From positions 5,156-69,155 of the forward strand of contig JAUCBJ010007673.1 of the NCBI GenBank assembly GCA_032718475.1: a stretch of DNA of 64,000 nt, read 5' to 3'. A model generated the notes under the pieces. That model made no database searches and had not been told where the DNA came from. It saw only the letters and a program-made list of their open reading frames with translations. Both the position numbers and the translations under genes were made by a program. The stretch is from Nemertoderma westbladi (Eukaryota > Animalia > Xenacoelomorpha). This document shows positions 1 through 11,422 of this stretch, piece by piece (position 1 is the stretch's first letter; each line of letters starts with the position of its first letter).

Positions 1-88
1 CTTTTCACTATTTTTATTTATTTTTGATAATTAATTTCAATGTGTCTCATTGATTCCAGTTGTTAATCTCTCAGATAATAAAACTAAC

Positions 89-364
89 GCCTCATCGGTT
101 ATAGTCAGCTTCACTCCGGAATCATCGGTTAGTCCCGGATTCATACTGAACTCATCGACCTCTGCATAATGGACCTGTATAATTATAGAACCGACCCCGG
201 TGTCTCCGCCGATCGCTAATCCAACATCTTTCGGGAACACAACACCACCTTGGGCGTCCATCGCCCAGTCGTAGACGAAGGTGTGGTTCCTGGAGTCCCG
301 ACAAGCTGAGTCAGTCCGGTCGGGGATTGGTCGAGGGGACGCAGTTCTATCGCCACCGCAATGC
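89..364 (-). CDS. Exon of a PHM/PAM-like copper type II ascorbate-dependent monooxygenase
   Basis: Translation (W)HCGG...VYDWAMDAQGGVVFPKDVGLAIGGDTGVGSIIIQVHYA...DDSGVKL matches the PHM N-terminal catalytic domain, including the QVHY CuH histidine. Acceptor ttttctag at 365-372 and donor gttagt at 83-88 on the minus strand. Confidence 0.85.
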
Positions 365-759
365 CTAGAAAATATTGCCAAGTATTATTTTATGACTGAC
401 AATCTAAGTTGACAATTAAAAAACGGATGATTTATTTGGTAATAAATTGATACCGGTAGTCTAAATTAAAATTTAGAATTATACTATACTATAATGTATC
501 TGTTATGAGATAAATATAAATCAACCATAACATCAATAAAGCACATTTCTAATAGTAGCAATGATCTTTTAGTTTGAAATACATGACAATTTTAACCAAA
601 TATTTTGATATAAATTTTATTTATATTTGTGATAAATTTAATAATAAATTAAGTAACTGAATTTATTTTATATATATTTTTCAATCAGAAATATCGATTC
701 CTCGGATAGTAGATTATTTTACCTGCTCGTACACAATTAACCAAATGAATTTAACTAAC

Positions 760-908
760 CAAACAACTCCATATGCTCTAGCAGGATGTTTACAAGCCCA
801 AACTAATATATGATGCACTCGGTGTGGTTTAAAGACCGGGTCGAACCCAATAATATATTCTGTTTTGTTGGAATTTGTTGGGAATTCGTAACAAACATAT
901 TCGTCATT
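760..908 (-). CDS. Upstream exon of the same PHM/PAM-like gene (not in the ORF track)
   Basis: Reads NDEYVCYEFPTNSNKTEYIIGFDPVFKPHRVHHILVWACKHPARAYGVV(W), with the HH CuH ligands. Acceptor ttttttag, donor gttagt at 754-759. The split codon TG|G joins in frame to exon 89-364. Confidence 0.85.
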
Positions 909-937
909 CTAAAAAATACAGTGCAAATTGAAATTTG

Positions 938-1033
938 TGTGGATATTAGAGCGCAGCGCCTATTACTATTGGTTGGTACTAACTATGTGGATATTAGAGC
1001 GCAGCGCCTATTACTATTGGTTGGTACTAACTA
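938..1033. repeat. Perfect 48-bp tandem duplication
   Basis: tgtggatattagagcgcagcgcctattactattggttggtactaacta at 938-985 and 986-1033. Confidence 0.95.
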
Positions 1034-1045
1034 ATGACATACAGT

Positions 1046-1148
1046 ACTTGTGTGTAAAGTAGCACTTTATAGTGTGGTGATCCGAGTGCTTAATGTTCAA
1101 ATAAAGTCACACGAGGATCAGAACACTGTAAAGTACTTTGCAACAAGT
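1046..1148. repeat. Imperfect inverted repeat (MITE-like remnant)
   Basis: acttgtgtgtaaagtagcactttatagtgtggtgatccgagtg pairs imperfectly with cacgaggatcagaacactgtaaagtactttgcaacaagt. Confidence 0.5.
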
Positions 1149-2106
1149 GTGTATGTAGTTTTATTCCAATATTGTAAAATTACGAAATGATTGTACATAT
1201 ATTATAAGTGATTGTAACTGCACAAATTAAATTACACCATGACCCGTATTATAGTGTCATTTTCTGATGACAAGGGATCCCCCCAAACTTTTCTACAAAT
1301 CTTTATCATATTGCTTGAAATTTGAAACACAACTAGCTCAACTCACCGTGGTTGTTGCCATGAAGCAGGAATTTTCGATTTCGCCTTTAAATTTTTTAAA
1401 TAAGCGTTTTAAAAAAGTGTCTTTTGCGAAATCGCACCATCCGTATCATTGCCATTCTTCACTTTAGTCGTAATTTTTTAGGGGCATACGATTTCCTAAC
1501 AAAGATACATTTTCAGACACGCCGGTCGAATTTAAGGGTGGCGCACGGACAGCGGCGCGCGCCGCAACGGCACATCGGCCCGGCGCGACTAGAAGGAGTG
1601 GGAATTTCGAAAAAGTATGAAAGTAAAAAAAGTCATAAAAAAAAACAAAAAATGTAATTCTAGGGGGTCTACCGGACCGTCGAAGATTTCTGATTGGTCG
1701 ATCGCGTTTTCGTCGATTTCGGCGGGAAGTAAGCGAATAAAGTACAAACATGTACAAGCGATATGGTAGGGAAGGGGGTCCTCTATCCAACGGAAGCGGT
1801 CCCGATGTGGCCTATTAAGTAGTTCTCGAGATATTGATAGAAGTACCGAGTCTACAGAAAAATGCACTAATTAGCAATTAGCGCTAATTAAGAGTTAATT
1901 AAAAATAAATTGGCGAAAGTAACGATGCCAATCGATGTAAATCCATTAGAGGAATACGCCAATTTTTAAAATTTCGAAAAAGACCCAAGAAGAGCAGAGT
2001 TATTCAACTTTTTTTAAAATTGAGGTCTTTGTCGCCAAGGCGTGTCAGGGTCTCGAATGCCCGCCGATCCATTTTTTGCTATTATTGAGAAAAAAAGGGA
2101 ATATGA

Positions 2107-3368
2107 TGTAAAAGCTTCTGTGGGATATAACTGGCCCCTTTGCTTCGCAATCCAGTTTCCCCCCAGGCGCTGGAATACTCTAAAAAGGTTCTCTAACTGT
2201 ATATATATTCCCCTCGCCCGCAAGGTACCGTTATAGGTGTTTTAACGGACATAAAAGTCATTCTGCTATATACGTGTTTTGGCGGACATGGTAAGGCAAA
2301 AAACCTGCAATGCACCAAATACCTTTCACAGCTTAGCCGTGATCATTCATATTACGACATCTAACAGCTGGTTGCTGACATGGAAACAGCCATTGGACGC
2401 ATGGTTCTTTGTTTGGCTTGAGCCAATCAGAGCGATTTTTCCTGTCGACGTGTAGCTTTTCGGCCGATCATAAGGAGAGTGTTCAGTCTTACTGTTTTTA
2501 CTTGATACTTTGTGTTATTGATATCTAGGCCAGGAACAACGGCTCTAGAGTCAATTCGTTTTCATACTTTAGAAGAAACATTAGTAGGCTTAAATTATAG
2601 AGCATATGACTGTTATCGATTCATATCAATGCATAACAATACTTTGTTCACATCTTGTCATATCATATCTTAACTTACCGTCTTAATGCTGTTTACTGTT
2701 GTGTTTTGGTTGAATATTATTTGGAGAACATATATAAAGAACCCAAATTTCCCAATTTTCTTGATACACTACAGGTTAGAGAGGCGGGTTATATATAGCG
2801 ATTGCGACTTATATTGTTGTGGTTTGTAGTGAATTTAATGCTATTTGATAAGCACTACATTGGTCCGTTGCTGTTCTCTTTATATATGATAAAATTCATT
2901 GATGGTCGGCAAATTAGTGTGCAGTATTGTGTGTTACCGGTAGTGTGCATGATTGTGATTGATAACTAAGCATTTCCTAAAGAATGCGCCTCATACATGA
3001 ATCTTAAGCCTTACCGACTTACCATTGTGATTAGTATAAGTCATATCTCGGTTTACTTAGATAGAGCGCCACGTCCTAAAGGAACTGTTAATATTTCCCG
3101 AAAGTAAATAATATTAGTCAGAAATTAATTATTAACGATCAATCGAATAATACAATACAGTAAGCTTCACTGCAATAATAATTTAAGCCCTCAGAATCCA
3201 GTCTCCCGGGATTATCCAGCGGGTGAATGGACGCGCACTAGGCTGGCTTCTGCTAATGTTGTGTTTATTGGTATTAAATATTTGTCATCTTCTAAAGTAT
3301 ATTTATAAACCAAAAGACATATAAATTTTGGCGGGTTAAACTGCTAAAGGTCTTCAAAAGCGCGTACA
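2107..3368 (+). repeat. E1 5' LTR (1262 bp)
   Basis: tgtaaaagcttc...gcgcgtaca. About 8 substitutions and one TA indel versus the 3' LTR, counted by eye. Confidence 0.95.
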
Positions 3369-3379
3369 ATAACAGTCAT
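3369..3379 (+). promoter_or_regulatory. E1 non-tRNA primer-binding site, complementary to its own LTR
   Basis: ataacagtcat abuts the LTR and is the exact reverse complement of atgactgttat at 2606-2616 (and 13335-13345). Followed by the hairpin actttattgc-agtaa-gcaataaagt (3382-3406). Confidence 0.8.
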
Positions 3380-3789
3380 TGACTTTATTGCAGTAAGCAA
3401 TAAAGTTGAAAGTACCGGTCGACCGGTAAACCTGAACCGGTACTTCTGTAGGTCCGTAGGCCCAACTGCCATAACCGGTACTGCTGTAGGTCCGTAGGTC
3501 CAACTGTCAGAACCGGTACTTCTGTAGGCCTGTAGGCCCAACTGTCCTAACCGGTACTTCCAGTATAAGTACATTAGTATTATTCGATTTTGATTATTGT
3601 ATACTGGTAGGTCTTAGTATTTAATCAGGGACTGCAGCCCTGGTTTTTTATTGAGATTTTACTCATTTCTGTCGGTTTTATTTACATGTAAGTTAATATT
3701 GAGCTGAAGACGTGTAAGTCTGCTCAGATTGTTCAGATAATTGTAGGCCGGACTGTTGTTAGATTGTTGTTGAGTTTGGAGAGATTACG

Positions 3790-4290
3790 GCGTGTGTAGA
3801 GTTTGTCCGATAGAGTGCCAGTTAGTAAGTTGGGGCAGCCATAGCTGTAAGGTCAATCCCCTCTTAAAGAATAAGTCGTACTACCGTGTTAGAACGCATA
3901 CTAACTAACAATTTTGGAATCTGCACATACTGTAGTTTATTTAGGCTTGACAGTATTCTGCCAGCGTTTTGGCTTGTGTTTGTTTGTGTGGTCTGTTCAG
4001 ATACCGTAATAGTTATTACTCAGATATTTTGTAGGCTGGATTGTTGTCTAGCTATTATTAGGTCTGAAGAGATTGCTGCTTGTGTAGAGTTTGTCTGATA
4101 AAGTGCCAGTTAGTAAGTTGGGGCAGCAATAGCGGTAAGGTCAATCCCCTCTTAAAGAATAAGTCGTACTACCGTGTTAGAACGCATACTAACTAACCGT
4201 TTTGGAATCTGCACATACAGTAGTTTATTTAGGCTTGGTGGTAGTCTGCCAGCATTTGGTCTGTATTTTGTTTGAGTATTCTGTACGGGT
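3790..4290. repeat. ~288-bp direct duplication in the E1 5' leader
   Basis: tcaatcccctcttaaagaataagtcgtactacc occurs at 3853 and 4141. A homologous duplication lies in E3 around 58420-59000. Confidence 0.85.
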
Positions 4291-5250
4291 AGCGTAATAT
4301 TTATTATTCAGAGTTTATGCGATTATTCGCAACATTCATGTCCCCAAGTTTATTAATACAGTAATTGTGCTTGTTATACATACCGTTATAGTTAAATTAA
4401 CCCCGGTACTACACGGGCTGCTTGGCGTAGGTAAAGACTGGTGACTTTGTGCTTCGGTCACTCCAGCAGATGCCGTGGTTCTTTTAACTGTTCAAGTATA
4501 TTTAACTACTGATTATTTGTTGTACCAGTACTTGTACCTAATTTAGGGTTTAGTCTACAGTGCTTTCCGAAGTAATTAGTGTGTAGGCAGTATATTTGTG
4601 TTGTAAAGTGGTTAATAGGCACGCTGGATCTGGTAGTCCGCGGTAATTAACTTCTAGGTAGGAACACTCCGTGATACATAACGTAGTACCTATAGCGATA
4701 CGGTTATAGGTCGTCAGGCGGTGGTATTTTCCTATCTGGACAGTGCAATATATTTACTACTACTTATTATTTTCAAATACCGTAGTACCCTGTCCGTTGT
4801 AATAACCAGAATTCTAACCCTTTGTTAGGCTGGTTTGTAGACTTCCTGTAAAATTACCCTAAAAATTAGTACGTAATATTTTTGTTGTGTTTAATTAGAG
4901 ATTTAATCTCACCTGTATCGTAAGTAATTTGTAGTATTAAGTAACTTAGGTAAATTAGAATAATCTGTTTTAGTGTCCCATAGGTAGCACTTCACTGAGA
5001 GCGCACAGCTTCTGTGTAGTGACTCCCCCAGAAATAATAACATTTATTTCAAATCTTGACAAAACCCCTTTTAAACGGGTATATATCTATTATAAATCAA
5101 CTCAAACGATTTATAAATAGTAGGCCTGCCATACAATAACTAGGTCTTAATATCAGTTGGACTGCTGCTTAAATAACGGTAATAAAGTAAGTTAAAGTAA
5201 CCAAGTAACCCTAAAATATTCAGAAATTCAATTATTCTAAAATAATTGAC

Positions 5251-5498
5251 ATACCGGTATTTACCATAGGCTTATTATATTTATTTCTATGGATTTGTGC
5301 TGAAATCATACCGGTATTCTGTAATTAATTCTAGTTCATAATTATACTTATATATACTATAAGTGTAAGCTGCATACCGGTATTCACGATAGGCCTATTA
5401 TATATTTATATATATTTGTGCTAAAATTATATACCTGTATTCTGTGACAAATCTAGTCTGTAATAATACTTATATATCTACTATAAGCATACCGGTAT
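5251..5498. repeat. Array of ATACCGGTAT palindromes with ~60-bp spacing upstream of gag
   Basis: Copies at 5251, 5308, 5374 and 5489, plus a degenerate copy at 5431. More copies in E3 at 57100-57470. Confidence 0.85.
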
Positions 5499-5633
5499 TC
5501 TAATATATTATATATATCACGCTACACTGAGTAGCAGTATCGGTAATTAATTATTAGGCTAACAGTGATACTGAATTACTAGACTTGCTTTAGCTGTAAT
5601 CATAGCAGTAGGCATTCAACTGTACAAACAAAC

Positions 5634-8600
5634 ATGTCTGACACAACCCAATCACTGTCGGATAGTCTCTTAGAAAGTGTTAGAATGACTGTTAGACAGT
5701 GTCTTAAAAAGATCAGTGACCCAGATCCAAGTATAGAACATCCTAGATCCAAGTCTAAGTCACCTACTATTGTCAAAAAGGCCATCCCTACAGTAGTAGT
5801 GTCAGACCCTAGGCTAGTAGATCAACGTAGGTCTATCATCGGTACTCGGGCCCAAGTCAAGCGGGATCAAGAAGCAGCTGTCAAACAGCAGCAACATCCT
5901 AGCCTAGAACCTAGCTCCAGTAGTTCGGATACTGCTGAGCGGACGCCCGAACGCGGAGCGAAGATGGTGGATACGGTTTATGATGAACGGCCAACCTATG
6001 AAGAATCAACCGACGCCACTTCTTCTCAAGTGGAAAGCGAAGTGGAAAGCGAATTAACAGCAGAGAAGCCGCGAACTAGAGACGCCATTGACATCTATCT
6101 GTCAGACTATCAGCGATTCCTAGGAGACGAAGAGTTGAGGAGACGACTGTCTGGACTTCGCCCCAATAATGAAGGAACCAAGCTTGTGTTGGACGCAATC
6201 GATGCGGAAATGTTAGCTGCTAACCAAGCAGAATTTGATGAAAAACTCCGCCTCGCTAGAGTCCAAGAAGAAAAAGTAAAGAAAAGACGGATAGAGGAAC
6301 AAAAGGCGGCGGCTACGGCAGAAGCAGAAGCAGAAAGAAAAGCAGCAGCGGCAGAAGCAGAAGCAGAAAGAAAAGCAGCGGCGGCAGAAGTAGAAGCAGA
6401 AAGAATAGCAGCAAAGGCAGCCGCGGCGGAAGCAGAAGCAAAAAGAAAGGCAGCGGCGGCAGAAGCAAAGGCGGAAAGGGCAGTGGCAGAAGCGGAACGG
6501 AGAGCGTCTGAGCAGACTACCCAACTGGAGTTGGAAAATCTGCAAGAGACGCAAGACAACATAAATAAACAGATAACTGCTAGTCAAATGCAGATGATGA
6601 GACGATCTACTCCCAAACGCCAGGGATACACATCATCGGAGGAAAGCAAAACCACCGATCCTGAAGGCGGAGGAAATAGATCTCGTCTAAGCAGGCGTAG
6701 AAAAACAGCTCACCGTCACAAATTGCCTGATTTGCCCCCAGCTGTTAGAAGACAGTTAGCTAGCGCAGACTTAGGTAGTACGGAATCCACATACCAACCT
6801 ATTCAGGTCAAAAGACTCCCTACAATAGTTGATGAGCCTGAAATAATTAGGCCTGTCGTTCCAAAAGTCACACCTGTGCTAGAGACCCCTGTACTTCCAG
6901 AGCTTAACTCTAAGTTCCCTTTACACAGTACTACACTGCCTGTACCCGGTAGAACAATCCATGAGAATATTCCTGTCCTGGAAGCTGAGAGAGAAATTAA
7001 AGATTTGTCTCCCGTCGTCCCACGTCAGCCCGCTACAATGTTGGCGACTCCCGCTTCGGCGGTCGAGTGGGTAGAGGAGGGACGGCGGGGGATGAATCTC
7101 CTGCTCGGACAGATGCAGGAGACTGTCCACCAGCTTAAGGGAACAGTAAGGGAAAGTAGGGCAGAGTTGCAAGAAGTGCAGCAAAGTATCGCACTGGAAC
7201 GCGACAAGTTAGTCAATATACAAAAGGGCATACCAATACCCCCTGTAACATTGTGTCAACCTGTTAGGTCTGAAGTATTACATGCGCAAGGTGTGGAGCC
7301 TACACGCATCTATACTGCTAGTGAAGTAGAAACTCCTATAGCAAACCCTATTAAGGGTGATTATAGACCTGTTATTAATGATATTCCCTATAGACCTGAT
7401 AATGATCCGAGAAATTTATATACCGATAATTCGATATTAAATAATACGATGGCCCAAGAAAGCTTTACGCGTCAGATGGCTAGAACAGAAGCCCGCCAAG
7501 CGGTCAAAGTGGGAGAGATCGTCAAATTCAATGGAGATGAGATGAAATGGTTACCTTTCAACGAATATTACAAAGACAGCATACAGAACTCTGTACTATC
7601 TAACGGAGAGAAACTTAGGTTCCTCATCAAGTGCTTGGAAGGACCTCCCAAGTTAATGGCGTTAAAGTTTATTGGACATCCAGAAGGATTAAGACAAGTA
7701 TGGGATACATTAAACATCAGGTATGGTAACAAGGATAACATAGCTAAGTATTTGTATGCAAAATTAGTAGCCCCCCGACACTTCCTTAGTAGCGGGATTA
7801 TAGAGTTTTCCGATGAGATTCAAGAGATCTGTAGACAATTGGACTGGTTAGGTAAGTCTCATGAATATCAGAGTTCCATGGTTATTGGAGCCGTAGTCTC
7901 TACTTTACCAAAGGGTGGAGTATGTACACGCTGGGACAAGAAAGTGTTGTACATGAATGAACAACAACGACGAAGCCCTACCATGGCTGATCTCATGTCC
8001 TTCTTAGATGGTGAGGTAAAACTACAACTCATCAAGCAGGCCAGAGAGAAAACATCGGAAAATAAGGTAAGTGAGAAACCCGTTTCTAGGAGAAGGATAA
8101 TACCAGTGTGTTATACTGACGACGGCGAAAGCCAAGCTTCTCAAGAAGAGGACAGCGGGAAAGACACAGCAAAATCTTACTATGACAACAAGACCTATAA
8201 AGACGTAAGTAAATACAAGTCTCGAATCAGTGACAGGAGAGAACAGGTAACAACAACTCCTCCTACGTCTCCTAAGAGAATTCACGGAAGAAAGCCCGAA
8301 GAAAGAACGAGAGTGCATAACGTTACCCAAGGTAAGGTGAGTAACATCAAACCAAAATGTGCGCTGTGCGACGGGCCCCACCGTTTGAGTGCGTGTGCTG
8401 AATTTCTAAAGAAATCCCCTGTAGACAGACGTACAGTCCTGTGGAGTAAGCGGTTATGCTATAATTGCCTCAGATCAGGACACCAACGGCGAACCTGTTA
8501 CTCCGACGTAAAGTGTGCAAAGTGTGGCGCGAAACATCACATCTTGTTACACAGTGAGTTCGAACGAGACAACCCGAGTCAGGTAAGTGAGCCCGAACTA

Positions 8601-9791
8601 CATGTCCAATTCAGTGATGTAAATGACACTGATCAAGAGTCTGAGATGGAAGGATTCTATACTGACGAATTCTCCGACGCCAATGAATCCTGTTACCTAA
8701 TAAATATCTCAGTGTATCGAGCACTTACTTATGAAAAGGACACCGACAATGAGTTCCCCCCAACTACTTTTGCCAGACAACCATCTTGGAAAGCTCCAAC
8801 TTCCAACGTAGGAATCAGAGAATTTCCTGTAGTGCAGGTAAGAGTTCATGGTCCTAACAAAAGTTACATAGTGAACGCCCTCCTTGACTCCGGCAGCACA
8901 GGAACATTCATCGATCAAGAACTAGCCGAAGATATCTTTGCTGGACAACCCAAATTCCGGACTAAATTGAATATGTTAGGAATTATGCAGGTTTGGAAAT
9001 CTACCCTAACGGCAGATTACTATGTAGGTGTGTTGTCCACCCCCCAGGATAAATTAGGAGCACAAGGTATAAGGTCGGTAAAAATGGTGGCTATAAAGAA
9101 CTTCGCTACTACCCAAGCAGACCTTTATAATTGGGACGAGGATGAGAGCATCCAACATCTTAAGATACCTCGATTCCAGACAGATTATCCTGGAGTGCAA
9201 ATACTCATCGGCCAAAACGCGCATGAGGCGCTCGAGACATTGGAGAAACGGCCTGCTCAACCGCAGCCACTACAAACCTATGCGGTAAGAACTAGAGTAG
9301 GTTGGTACTTCACTGGCCCTTCCCGTAGAACTCTCAAAGAGAGATTACCTCAACAACAGGTATACCAAGTAAAGGAATGGGAAGTGGAGAGCAGTGATGT
9401 GGACGATCCAACTGAGGGAACACCATACTCCTCAGATAATGACGATATTAACTCCAATGTAGATCAATGGAGACATTGCCTTGGGACGATTAATCCAGCC
9501 GACATCGCTTCCAGAGGAGCAACTCCTCAAGAACTGATAGATACTCCAGGCTGGTTAGGTGGATCCGACTTCTTAAGTAAAGAAGAAGAAGAATGGCCTC
9601 CTCATTTTACAACGGCGGAGATTAGACAGGCCAAGGGAGCGGAGAAAGTAACACAACAACTCAATCGCCCAGCTAGTCGTTTATGTTTACTGGAAAGAGA
9701 CCGAAAACTGTCCGGAAACTATGGAAGGCAAGATACTCTTCCTACGACCACTTCCCTAATCCGACAAATATCTAGGGACTCTATAACGTAA
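5634..9791 (+). CDS. gag: E1 Gag-protease polyprotein with pol remnants (1385 aa)
   Basis: A/E/R coiled coil, BEL Gag core (VKFNGDEMKWLPF...EKLRFL), three zinc knuckles (CALCDGPHRLSAC, CYNCLRSGHQRRTC, CAKCGAKHHILLH), protease ALLDSGSTGTFI, then a jump to QWRHC...NPADIASRG and the integrase tail RPASRLCLLE. Confidence 0.93.
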   Translation: MSDTTQSLSDSLLESVRMTVRQCLKKISDPDPSIEHPRSKSKSPTIVKKAIPTVVVSDPRLVDQRRSIIGTRAQVKRDQEAAVKQQQHPSLEPSSSSSDTAERTPERGAKMVDTVYDERPTYEESTDATSSQVESEVESELTAEKPRTRDAIDIYLSDYQRFLGDEELRRRLSGLRPNNEGTKLVLDAIDAEMLAANQAEFDEKLRLARVQEEKVKKRRIEEQKAAATAEAEAERKAAAAEAEAERKAAAAEVEAERIAAKAAAAEAEAKRKAAAAEAKAERAVAEAERRASEQTTQLELENLQETQDNINKQITASQMQMMRRSTPKRQGYTSSEESKTTDPEGGGNRSRLSRRRKTAHRHKLPDLPPAVRRQLASADLGSTESTYQPIQVKRLPTIVDEPEIIRPVVPKVTPVLETPVLPELNSKFPLHSTTLPVPGRTIHENIPVLEAEREIKDLSPVVPRQPATMLATPASAVEWVEEGRRGMNLLLGQMQETVHQLKGTVRESRAELQEVQQSIALERDKLVNIQKGIPIPPVTLCQPVRSEVLHAQGVEPTRIYTASEVETPIANPIKGDYRPVINDIPYRPDNDPRNLYTDNSILNNTMAQESFTRQMARTEARQAVKVGEIVKFNGDEMKWLPFNEYYKDSIQNSVLSNGEKLRFLIKCLEGPPKLMALKFIGHPEGLRQVWDTLNIRYGNKDNIAKYLYAKLVAPRHFLSSGIIEFSDEIQEICRQLDWLGKSHEYQSSMVIGAVVSTLPKGGVCTRWDKKVLYMNEQQRRSPTMADLMSFLDGEVKLQLIKQAREKTSENKVSEKPVSRRRIIPVCYTDDGESQASQEEDSGKDTAKSYYDNKTYKDVSKYKSRISDRREQVTTTPPTSPKRIHGRKPEERTRVHNVTQGKVSNIKPKCALCDGPHRLSACAEFLKKSPVDRRTVLWSKRLCYNCLRSGHQRRTCYSDVKCAKCGAKHHILLHSEFERDNPSQVSEPELHVQFSDVNDTDQESEMEGFYTDEFSDANESCYLINISVYRALTYEKDTDNEFPPTTFARQPSWKAPTSNVGIREFPVVQVRVHGPNKSYIVNALLDSGSTGTFIDQELAEDIFAGQPKFRTKLNMLGIMQVWKSTLTADYYVGVLSTPQDKLGAQGIRSVKMVAIKNFATTQADLYNWDEDESIQHLKIPRFQTDYPGVQILIGQNAHEALETLEKRPAQPQPLQTYAVRTRVGWYFTGPSRRTLKERLPQQQVYQVKEWEVESSDVDDPTEGTPYSSDNDDINSNVDQWRHCLGTINPADIASRGATPQELIDTPGWLGGSDFLSKEEEEWPPHFTTAEIRQAKGAEKVTQQLNRPASRLCLLERDRKLSGNYGRQDTLPTTTSLIRQISRDSIT

Positions 9792-11422
9792 TAACATATG
9801 GAGTGGGCGTGTGACTATATCATTTTATATTTGTTTTTATTTTATATTTATGTATGTATTATTATGTAATTTTATTATAATCGTTTTCTTTAATTTTATT
9901 TAGTAGAATGTTATTTTAGTGATTATTTAGTAGATTAGTGCAATATATTAGTGTTTATTACGTACGTAATTACTTATAATATATATTAGTGCGACGGCGA
10001 GAAATAATTATTTTTTCTCTTTCCTTACTGTCCGTATCATATTATAAATACGTGACTACAGTAAGATGAAATGTCCGTACTTATTAAAGTACAATAAAGC
10101 TCCTACTATACTTCAAGTATTATTGGTAGGCAGAGTATTAGGAATGCAAAGTTCAGATCCTCGTGTCTCGGCTAAACCAAGCTCTGGGTAGACCTTGGAA
10201 ACGACTTGCCTCTTCACACTGACATTGCTTCGTGCGATATTGCTCTTCTACCTTATATTAAATAATACATATAGTAGCGTGATGTCCCTCTAACAGTAGC
10301 GTAAAACGCAAATAAATCTGTTAAACCTTTTGACCATCTGTAATTCTAGTCGATTAAGATATCGCGGCACCCACCGATATACTTGAAAGACAAATTCTAG
10401 AATCAGTGGTTAACGTCCCCAGACAAGTTCTGGAATAAATCGGTGCCCATCTTAAATATTAATTAATATTTATTAAAATCTGTAAAATTCGGATACTTTA
10501 AAATTTCTAGTCAATTAAGATATCGCAGCACTTACCGATACTCTTAAAAGACAATTTTATAGAATTAAAGATCCTCAGTCCCCAGACATGCTCTGGAATA
10601 AAATTTGTGTCAATTTTAACATCAAATAATAAAATTCACGGGAATAAATTTAAATTCATATTTTTAAATGAATTTCATAAATTGTCATTTTGTACAATTT
10701 ATAACATTCCCAAAATTCCATTAATTAATAGATCACGGGAGCGGAGATTCATCCTATTGAGTGTATTAGAGTGCGAGAATCTCCAACATATAGTCAATAG
10801 CCGATAAAATTAATAAAATCATACATAGAGAGGATATTGACAATTAAAGAATTATTATTAAATAGCATCCCAGATCTGTATGCATGAGAATTACCCTAAT
10901 TCTACCGCTAGCATTCCATAATGTCACCATAGCAACACCCACGCTAGAATTAGAAGCAAGTTAAGAGAACAATAGAAAGCTTGTCCCATTGCATAGCATA
11001 GAGAATACATAATACACTGTTAGTATCCAAGGATACACAGTAATAACGTGACATTCTGGAATGCACTGACTAACGGACAAATGGCCTGTATGTGTACAAT
11101 TGGTGACAGTTGTGTGGAATTTGTGCGTTTATAGGTGAATGTTACTGCTAAAGTATGTTTACAGTAGCTAGTCGCAATTGTGAAAGTAGCCCAACTCTCC
11201 TATAGAAAGAACCTAAAGTGGATTCAAGCCTTTGGGACGGACAGTGGAGTGACTTGTGCCGGTTATCGTTGTCGTGCTGTTGCTACATGTTAGCGTAAAC
11301 ACCGCGACGACGGTACATCGGCGCTGAGAATCCCACTGTCCGGGGGCGAAGAGAGGTAGGCAGCGACGCCCGCTCGCCTAAACATAAACTCATTACAATA
11401 TTAATAAACTCAGATAGCAGAT

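Noticed and set aside
3369-3390. Canonical tRNA primer-binding site
   Set aside because: No TGG next to the 5' LTR in any of the three elements.
6110-6587. Antisense Ala/Ser/Cys-rich ORFs (also 18859-19375 and 55485-55976)
   Set aside because: These are shadows of the GCA/GAA-rich Gag coiled-coil repeats.
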